From contig NC_042999.1 of assembly GCF_006345805.1 (NCBI RefSeq), forward strand, positions 12,648,001 to 12,712,000: a DNA stretch of 64,000 nucleotides, written 5' to 3'. Position 1 is the stretch's first letter. Each line of letters starts with the position of its first letter. Origin of the DNA: Octopus sinensis. Taxonomy: Eukaryota. This document shows, piece after piece, positions 52,846 through 63,800 of the stretch. The translations under genes were made by a program, and so were the position numbers. The notes under the pieces are model-generated. The model was not told where the DNA came from. It was given only the letters and a program-made list of their open reading frames with translations, and searched no databases.

Positions 52846-55800
52846 TAATCATCATCATCATCATTTAGCGTCCGTTTTCCATGCTAGCATGGGTTGGACG
52901 GTTCAACTGGGGTCTGTGAAGCCAGAAGGCTGCATCAGGCCCAGTCTGATCTGGCAGTGTTTCTACGGCTGGATGCCCTTCCTAACGCCAACCACTCCGC
53001 GAGTGTAGTGGGTGCTTTATATATATATATCAATATTATACATCTCAACATGTATGTATGGATTTCTACATGCAAATGAGACAAAGGGGTGGTTATAGAG
53101 GGGTACTCCCCAGTGGAATCTGGGTGTTACCCCATTCAGACTTACGGTTGAGAGTGGGTTTGTATTCTTGTATACAGTCATGTATACAACTTGAACAGAC
53201 ACATTTCACTAATTAAACACACGTTCACATGTGCACACACGTTTGAATTAAATTTGTATTAATAAATATGTTTTGCCATCTAGAAATCATCATGATTGTT
53301 TTAATGTCTACTTTTCTATGCTTGCATGGGTCAGACTAAATTTGTTGAGGCAGATTTTTTACTGTCAGATGTACTTGTTTGCCCCAACCCTGATCTGTTT
53401 GCAATCAAAGTAATATTTCCCCATGGCAAGACATGATTTTCCTGGAAGACTGGAAGTAAGCAACATCACTTATATGACGGTCATGCTTATTCATAAACAT
53501 CATGTGACGTCAAGAAAACACACACACACACGCACACATGTATACATGATAGGCTTCTTTCAGTTTCTTCTCACAAGGTTTTGGTTCACCTAGCTCTATA
53601 GCAGAAGATATTTTGCCCAAGGTGTCATGCATTAGAACAGAACTGATACCATCTGCTTGCAAAGCAAACTTCTCAACTACTCTGCCATGTTTGTACTAAT
53701 ATAATCTCTTTAATACAGATAATGCTTTTTTTTTCTAAAACATTTAAATTTGTTTCTTGTTTCTAGGTATATCTGGTGCCATCTGCCGAGTGAACTATTG
53801 TGGGACCTGTTCTGTTGAATGGTATGATGCTCACTCTGGTGATGTTGTAGAATGCCAAGGTACTTTCAAATAATGGCTTTAGCTAGATGAAACTGTGAAA
53901 AAATGTTTTTTTTAAAATCATCATCATCATTGTTTAATGTCTGCTTTCCATGCTAGCATGGGTTGGACAGTTTGGTAAGCCAGTGGACTGCACCAGGCTC
54001 CAATGTGATCTGACAAGGCTTCTACAGCTTGATGCCCTTCCCAATGCCAACCACTCTAAGAGTGTAGTGGGTGCTTTCTACGTGCCACCAGAATGGGAGC
54101 CAGTCAGGCGGCACTAGCACCGACCACATTCATATGGTGTTTTTCACGTGCCACCAGCATAGGAGTCAGTACTGCAGCACTGACATCAACCACGTTCAAA
54201 TGGTGCTTTTTACATGCCACCGACACAGGAGCCAGTTAGGTGGCACTGGCATTGACCATACTTGAATGGTGCTTTTTACGTGCCACCAGCATGAGTGTCA
54301 GTCAGTTGGCACTGGCATCGGCCTTGACAATGATTTCACTTGACTCAACAGGTCTTCTCAAGCACAGCATATTGCCTGGTGATTGAAGGGTACTCTTAAA
54401 TGAGCCAGTTATGTGGCACTGGCATAGGCCATGGCTATGACCTCACTTGGCCAGGTCTTCTCAAGCATAGCATATCTCCAAAGGTCTCGGTCACTTGTTG
54501 CCTCTGTGAGGCCCAACGTTTGAAGGTCATGCTTTACTACCTCATCCCAGATCTTCCTATGTCTACCTCTTCCGCAGGTTCCCTCCACTGTTAGGGTGTG
54601 ATACTTCTTCACACAGCTGTCCTCATCCATACGTAACACACGACCATACCAGCGCAGTCCTCTCTCTTGCACACCACATCTGATACCTATTATGTCCAAC
54701 TTTTCTCTCAGGGCACTTACACTGTGTTGTGTATGCACACTGGCATTACACATCCAGTGGAACATCCTAGCTTCATTTCTTTCAAGCCTACGCATCTCCT
54801 CAGCAGCCACAGCCCATATTTCACTGCCATGTAGCATGACTGTTCATACACATGCATCATACAATCTACCTCTTACTCTGAGCAAGAGACCCTTTGTCAC
54901 CAGCAGAGGTAGGAGCTCTCTGAACTTTACCCAGGCTGTTTTATTCTAGCAGCTACACTCTCAGAGAATCCACCCTGGCTACTGATTTGGTCACCTAGGT
55001 AACTGATGCTATCAACTACTTCTAATTTTTCCTCCTGACATGTGATGGAATCTGTTTTCTGCACATAAGAGGGGGCTAAGGACTAAACCTTGGTAGACTC
55101 CTATTTCTACCTGGAATTCTTCACTATACTCATTCTCAACCCTCGCCTTACTGACAGCATCCCTGTACATGGCTTGTACAGCTCTCACTAACCCTTCGTC
55201 TATCCCTACCTTCTACATTGATCACCAGATAAAGCATCAGGTAACCCTGTCAAAGGCTTTCCCCATGTCAATGAAAGCCAAGTACAGAGGTTTATCTTTG
55301 GCTAGGAATTTCTCCTGCAGCTGTCTTACCAGAAATTAGTGGTGCTTCTCCCTGTTACAAAACGAAACTGCATCTCATCTAAACTAACTCTCACCCTAAT
55401 TAGTTGGGCTATGACCCTCTCCTTGACTTTCATCACCTGATTCAACAATTTGATTCCTTTGTAATTATTCCTGTTGATTGCATCACCTTTACCTTTTTAA
55501 CAGTTGACTATGATGCTGCTACATCAATCATTAGGTATGACTCTTTCATGTATCTCCTGGTTGACTATGTGGGTGACTAGACTACAGCCTACACCACCAG
55601 ACATTTTAAGCATCTCTGCAGTGATTCTTGATGGGCGAGAGGCTTTCCCTCTCTTCATACCATGAATTGCTTTATCTACCAAGGTACTGTCAAATCGAAT
55701 AGCTGGTCCTTCTGTTGAGTCGACATTTGGCAGACTCTCTTTCTCTCATGCATTCTCTTCATTTAGCAACCTTTCATAGTGGCATCTCCAAGTCTCTCTC

Positions 55801-58800
55801 TTTGCAGCATCACTGCAAAGTGAGCCATCTTCCATGTGAGCACATTTCTCTCCTGTGACATCATGATTCTCTCTTACATACTGTCTTGTAATATGAAACA
55901 CTTTGGCCCTCACATTGCAGAACATTGGCAAATTTTTTCTTCTGCTTTCCCTCTAGCTAAGTAAACCTGTCTCGTAGCTTCCCTTCTGGTGATCGGATAC
56001 TACTGCACTTCCAGTCCTTCCATGCATGTTTCTTTTCCCTAATGGCCTTGTCAACTACATTGTTCCACCATCACGTTACCTTAAGTTGAGAGGGGGCTTT
56101 GCACTATCCACAGATCTCGTCAGTAGCCCGCAACAGGTTGTCCTGTAGGAACTTCTAGTTGTCTTCCACATTATGTGATGCTACATCCTCCTGTTTGTTG
56201 TCAAAAGCTTCAAGTAATACGTCTCTAAATCTCTGTCCTTAAGCTTCTAGGCCCTTCTTTTCCATGCTGGTCATCTTCTGGGCATCCATTTAGCCCTGAT
56301 CCTGAAATTGCTGACTGCTAACCTATGTTGTGGGGTGCATTCTTCACCTGAGAAGATTTTGGCATTTATAAGTAGCCATTTTTCTCTGTTCCTGATAATA
56401 ATGTAGTCAATCTGACTAGTGTCCTCACCAGACAGGTGACTGGCAGGTTTCCTGAAGTTCGTAATTACAGATCATCATTTGCATCACAGAACTCCAGCAG
56501 CTTGGTTCCCTCCTCACTGTGGGAACCAAATCTGTAGCCTCCAGTACACCATGGAAGCTCCCTGGATGTTGTCCAATATGCCTGTTGAAGTCGTCAGCCA
56601 CAAAGATCCCTGTCATTTGTCAATGAGGGGGTCTGCAAAGGAGTGTTGTAAAATCTGTCTTTCTGTTCATCAGGTAGCCCTGGCTGAGGGGCAGAAGCTG
56701 AGATAATGGCTGTTAATCCATGTTGCAGTACTAGTCGAAGCTTAAGTATTCTGTCACTCTGACTACTTTGATTACCTTATCAACCCATTTCTCCACAAGA
56801 AGTATACCGACGTCCACAACCCCATCAGTGTTCCCTACCCAGAAAATCTTATACCTATGTTCTTTGCTTGTGAGGAGCCAAGCAGAACTTCCTCTCCACC
56901 TTACTTCTTGGATGCAACACAAATCTACATGTCTCCGTTCAAGCATTTCAACACTCTCACTAGACCTACTTTTCAGTGTGCCAACTTGGGGGGTGTGGAT
57001 GACGTGGGCCAGTGAGACCCTGGGATGGGAGACAGCAGCATCATGCATCTGAAAAGAAAGCTCACATTTGGCAGACCTCGTAAACATACAATAGCCTTCA
57101 ACCTGCATACACTATCATTTTATGCGCTACATAATCACTACATTCCATAGGAGATAGACGCTGGGTAAGGATGGGGGAAGCATTCCGTATAGTAAGCCAT
57201 TGGAGGTACTCTAGACAAAGATATCCAGTAGAGGTTAGAGGATAAAGACTGCTGGGATGGGAGGGTGCACCATAAAATGGCAAAGCACTATGGCTGCTGA
57301 TGTAAATGAATAACAATAATAGTTATTATAAAGAGCAGTGTTGAGGGAAATAGAATTGAACATTTTAGAAATTGTAAAACATATGATTTATGACTGTAGA
57401 TTTATATAAATTTTGGATGAGGACATAGTGCAACAGTGAGGAGTCTTATGAATGGGTAAATAGATATTTAAACATTGTACTGCTTGCAGAAACAACCAAA
57501 CAATGTTCTTCATTATCATCACTACCACCATCAACAGCCTCATCATTATCATCATCACTACCACCATCATCATCCTTTTGCTGTTCACCTTTTTATGCTT
57601 GCATGGGTCAGGTACAATTTGAAGTAGATTTTTCTAGGGTCAGATGTCCTTCTTGTCACTAACCCTAACATTTGCCCATCATTAGACATTTTCCCACCAA
57701 AGATTGAAAAAAATGTCTCTGCTTATATAACAGTGACTCTCATTTACAATTATCACTTGATGAATAACTTAATAAGTGAACAAATTGGATGAATTCACTT
57801 TATAGATACAAATGATTGGATGTAGGGTGGCAGTTTGGGTCTGTTCCAGCTTCCTTCCTGTCAAGCCTACTTTTGTATGTCCAATGTTGTTTAGTCCTCA
57901 GTTTGCCGTAATTCAGTAGACCAATGCTGAAAGATATCTCTGGCGGATGTTTGTACTGTCTTTCCAAATGTGAGGGATTTTATCAACCAATGTGAATTTT
58001 TCTTTTAGATGACTGGGTGTGTTTGGGGGACTTAGGCTACTACTTTTGCAGAGTAAACAACCTTATTGTGGTTTTCTCATTGGTGGTGGCCACATGGATA
58101 TGAGTGGAGTGGACTCTTATAGCAATCTGTTTTGGTGTATTTTTCAAGGTTGTAAAGATGAACACAATCGACATAGACCTGATAAAACATCCTGGATCAA
58201 CTCTGAGTGCAATAATTGTACCTGTAAGGTAAGGAGAGTTTATTTACTCACTAATCATCATCATCATCATCATCATCATCATTTAATGCTCACTTTTCCT
58301 TTCTTGCATGGGTTCCTCCTGGCCTGACATGTTTTCATAGAATATTGCTTCTATGATGGTAACATTCATTTACAACCATCACAGGACGTAAAGACAATAA
58401 CACACACACACATACACACACGCACATACACACACACACATATGTATATAAGGAGCTTCTTTCAGTTTCCGTCTACCATATCCACTCACAAGGCTTTGGT
58501 TGGCCTAGGGCTATAATAGAAGACACTTGCCCAAAGTACCATGCAGTGGAACAGAACCTGTGACCATGTAATTGAAAAGCAAACATCTTAGCTATTCCAC
58601 CTTGCGTACACCTGCCATTTTGTTGTTCTTAAATATTTCTGTTGAAATTCATTTCTTTTGTTTCAAATAATTTTGAAAATATGTTAAACTAATTTTATCG
58701 TTATTAAGCTCAACTTTGAGGCATAAATTAACAGGAAATTTTTGTGCAAATTTATAAAATAAATGACTTAAAACAGGAAATTTTTTTTCTGTCATGGAGC

Positions 58801-60778
58801 CAAGTCTGTCTCAGGTAGGTTTCTATCAAAAGGGTTAAAACACATGAATTATATTAAATAGATAAATATACTACACTGGATTTGTTCTTTTGTTTTATTA
58901 ATGTTTGTTTTCCCATGCTAGTATGGGTAAGACAAGGAGTTATTTGAGGCAGGAATTTTTGCAGCTGAATGCTTTTCCTGTCACCAACCCTTCACCAACC
59001 CTTAACTATTTTTCAAGTAAAGGATTTTTCATTTTATTTCAAAGGTCTTCCAAAGCGTGGAGCAAACCAGTCCTACTCTCAACAAAGAATGACATTATTT
59101 ACATAGGGAAGCATGCACGCACACATCCATCCTCCCCCCTATCTCTCCTTCTCTCTCAAGCTTCCTTTAGTTTCTTTCTATTAAATTCACTTATGTGGCA
59201 TTGGTCTGCCCAGTGCTATAGTAGAAGATACTTGCTGAAGGTGCTGCACAGTGAACTGTTTGCAAAGCAAACTTTTTGATCACGCAGCCATGCTTTGTGT
59301 CTCTATGTGATAAAAAACAACAAAAATTCCGTCAGATTTTCAAACATTAGCAGCTATTTTTGTACTTAAATGAAAAGACATTTAGAAGTATTTGGACCAT
59401 TTTTTCTTCTTTCATATTGTAGGAGATGGTCTAAAATTAGAGAATTATTTCATTTTTCTTGCTTTTAACTGTAAATCTCTGATTATATTCATCAACCCAT
59501 TTATTTTCCTCTTTTTAACTATATTTCTTCAGTCAGATTTTATTGACTGTCAGCCTGTGCTCTGCCCTGAGGTTTCATGTCTCTTCCCTGCCACAGCTAC
59601 AGGGGAATGCTGTCCAAGTTGTAAAGGTAAGCCATTCTAAAAGAACAACCGTTTCCTCTTCCAGGTAAGTCAAACAGGTGTGCTTCGTGCTTTATGTCTT
59701 TATGTAATGTCTTTAACAAGATTTAAACTCATGATTATGCTTCCATATATTTGTTGAAAGAATAAGTGTTAACCTCTTTGTTACCATATTACTGCTCAAG
59801 TGCATTAATTTTGGAAATAAGGAAGAATTTAGTAAAATAATTTTGTCTTTCATAAACTGGTGTTTGTAACATGAAATTTTGAGGGAATGTTTTAATTTAA
59901 ATCATTTTAAAACAAGAAAGTTTTTTTTTTGTATCCTTGAAGCAGGGGCAGTCTAAAGTGGTGGTCGGGTATCAGAAGAGTCAAACTCCATAAATGTGAA
60001 GTTCTATATTTAAGAGATGAGGAATTATTTACATTATTTACATTTGAAAGATATTTGTCCTTATCTTATTTGTTGTTAACACAGCGTTTCGGCTGATATA
60101 CCCTCCAGCCTTCATCAGGTGTCTTGGGGAAATTTCAAACCTGGGTTCTCATTCCTAAGTTTATTTTATGATGTTATTATTATTATTATTCAGGTCACAG
60201 CCTGGAATCGAACTCGGAATCTTGGAGTTAGTAGCCAGCGCTCTTAACCACTATGCCATATGAGGACATATCTGTCAAATGTGAATAATGTAAATAATGT
60301 CCATAAATGTGGTTAGTTCTTTTTGTCTCATCGTTCTGTTAATGGAGTATAAGTTTAATTAACTGCATCGTTATTGTATATTGACAGGTTTTTTTTTTAA
60401 ATCTATATTTCAGTTGGCTGTAATTATGATGAGAATTTCCATGCCTTGAATAGTTCCTTCACTCCTTCCACGGACCCCTGTCAAACATGTTCTTGTCAGA
60501 AAGGCAATGTGTTCTGTGAGGAAAAAGTGTGTACTTCTCTTGATTCTTGTCACACACCTGTTGTTCTGGCTAACGAATGCTGTCCTACTTGTATGGACTG
60601 TGGTCAACATCCCAATGGCTCTCAATGGATGGAAGGCCACTGCCAACATTGTGTTTGTTTGGTAAGTTTTCTTGTTATTTTTCTAATTATCTTTCACTCA
60701 TTTTGATATGGCTTTCCGTTAAAAAGGAAACATATTTTCTTACATATTTTCCTTTTTGAGAATGTGATGTCTACATAT

Positions 60779-60815
<37 letters not shown>

Positions 60816-63800
60816 GACACACACACACACACAGACATTGATACTAATTCATATCTAATTACAAATCACATTATCATTATTATTGTTCATGTGTCCACTT
60901 TTCCATGTGGGTAGGGGTCATTTGGAGTTTGTTGAGGCAGATATTCTAAAAGCTGGATGCTCTTCGTTTATTGAAACGGTCACCTGTTTCCAAGTAAGGT
61001 AATATTTCTCCATGGTCAGACATGTTTTTCTCAGAAGACTGGAAGTGAACAACTTCACCTGTATGATGGCGATGGTAATTTACAATCATTGTGTAATATG
61101 AAGATAAGGGTACACACACACACACACACACAGAGGCTTCTTCCAGTTTCTTTCTGTGAAACTGACTCACAGGGCTTTGGTCGAACCAGGGCCATTATAG
61201 AAGTTACTTTCCATATTGTGAGTGAAATTGATCTGCCTGGGCAGCACACTCAGCTGTTCTTGCTCCTTGGCTGATGAAATACCTCAGAGGCTTCAGAAGG
61301 CAACTGATTCCTTCAGGGCTCTTTTGAGTCTTATATCCAGTCCCAACATGGCATCACAAAGCAGACAAAAGTTGTTGTGCACATTCTGTGTGTGTGTGTG
61401 TGTGTGTGCGTATTCTGGCATCACTCCTTTACTCATATGAGACATGGAGCCTTTACTGGCATCATGTAGGAGACCTTGAATGCTTCCATCAGAGATGTCT
61501 CAGACATGTTCTGAATGTTGGCTGACTCCAGGAACAGAACTCTTGAAAAGAACAGATGTCCTGAGCATTGAAACAACGGTGCACAAGCACCATTTACATT
61601 GGATTGGACATCTTGTTTGGACGAATGATCAGAGGATGCCTAAACAAACTCTGTATGGTGAACTTGTTTGCGGAGAGCCCAGAGCAGAAATCAAGACTAT
61701 GATTTAAGGATTGTGTAAGATCCTCGTTGAAAGCATGGGGAATATGGGAAGCCAGTTGGGGAAGCAATGCTTGTTACCACCACCAATGGAAAAAGAGAAA
61801 CCAAGTAAAGGAAGGAGGAGGAGGAGTTGGTGTTTTTGAAAGAAACATGCACTTTCCATGCAGAATTTAAGTAAGCTGCTCAAGAACGCACAACCTGTGC
61901 AGTGGATGTTTATCAAGGGCTGAGCTTATTAGTCACCGGCAAAGGCCACAAGTGTAAAGTATAAATTTGTCTGAGTTTACAATATTCTTAATGGTCAGTG
62001 ATGACCTTCAGTCACAAGTGAGCAGCTATAATTTGTGTGTGTATGCATGCATGTGTGTATATATGGATACGTATATATGTGTGTGTGTTTGTGTTTGTGT
62101 CATATAAGTTGTATATGATGAAGACAAGTGTCTCTGTCATATAAGCTGTGTCGTACATTTCCAGTTTCTCTTAAAAATATGTTTGGCTATTTGCTTCCAA
62201 GATATATCTCGCAGATTCCCTGGGATGCATCATCGGTGGTGTTTCTGGGATCTTACAGGGTTCCAGGTCTTTCAACATCAGCCTCCCTTGCACAGTTGAC
62301 TCACCTGAGATGCATCAATTTCCAGCTTGCATCCCAGCAGCAAACCACTGGGCTCTCCTTTTTATCTAAAGGCAACTATTAGCCTTCTGTGCAGCTTCAG
62401 TGATGGAATTTTTGACCCTAGCAAACAGGAAGTGCACCCAACTGTAGAAAATCTGCCTTAGGGAATTCTGTTTCACCCAACCAAGTACAGGAAAATGGAT
62501 GTTAATTTGATGATGGGCCCTTACTGCTAAACTACTTCTCTGCATCTATGTCTGAAATCTTGCATTTCTGTGAACCTGCCTGTGATCCCACTGTGTCTCT
62601 TGGATTTTTATACATTATTACATTTGATACAAAGTATGAAATCCTTTGTCTACCATTTTGCCATTTTAAGTATGGCCTCTTCTCAGATGGTAACAATGTT
62701 TTGAAGAGTTCTTTATTCTTTCTTGCTTAGAATTTGTGAACTTAATTTTTAAGACATTTTCTCTTAAAATTGAATGATTTTCAGCTCACTTATAAATTAT
62801 CCTCTGTAATCTTCTACTTTAATGTTTTATATTTGCACACACACACACACACACATTGAGTATTTTAACTTCTGATATTGCAGAATGGCACTGCCAAATG
62901 TGAGCAAAAGGTGTGTCCATCAATTGAGTGTAAATACCCGGTACTTCCTGATGGAGAATGTTGTCCTCGTTGTCATGGTAACATATTTCAGGCAACTGAT
63001 TATTTTATTCTTTTTATGTGAATAATTTATTAATGTTTCAAGAAAATGTATTCTTTATATATTTTTCATGTTTTAGTTTTAAAAAACTGATTTTTCTGAC
63101 AAAAGCATTTAAAAACACAACTGTAGTGTACCGGTCTGCTTTGTTTCCCTATGTTCCTGCAGCCATCTGACTGCATCCAACCCTTGCTTATAGCCATCTT
63201 TCACTCTATGCTGTCTTCTATTCACTTCTTTGGTCATACCCGCTTGAGATTATGTTCTGGCACCCCTCCAGCCACCCATCTAAAATGTAAAGCAACCACG
63301 AATCTCCTCCACAACAAACCTCTTCCTAATCCTCCCATCATACATTACCTTCCCAACACCTTATATAAAGCCCCCGCACCATCTCCTGTTCCCACTCTTG
63401 AGCTAAGAAGCCTGTTGGTCTTGTGAGTTACAAGGCAACCTCACTAGTACTGGTGCCATGGAAAAGTTTCTGGTACACTCTGTTAAGTGTTGGCATTTGG
63501 AAAAACATCTAGCCATAGAAACCATGTCAAAACTGAGACATTGGTGCAAGATGTCATCCTCCAAGCCATTGGATTCTGTCTAACCATCCAACCCATTCCA
63601 GCGTAGAAAGCAAATGTAAAAATGTCATTTACTATCAATTAACGTCATGTGATCTATATATTTGTGCTGATATGTGTGTGTGTGTGTGTGTGTGTTACCA
63701 GGATGTTAAAAGCATAAAAAAATATCTCTGTAAATCTGAAAACAATTCTGTTTTTCTTGTAGACTGCCTGGTTGATGAGAAAATAGTATTGAACGATGAT

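Noticed and set aside
60195-60262. tRNA gene
   Set aside because: Has A/B boxes but no convincing acceptor stem, and it is fused to a repeat body: a SINE head.
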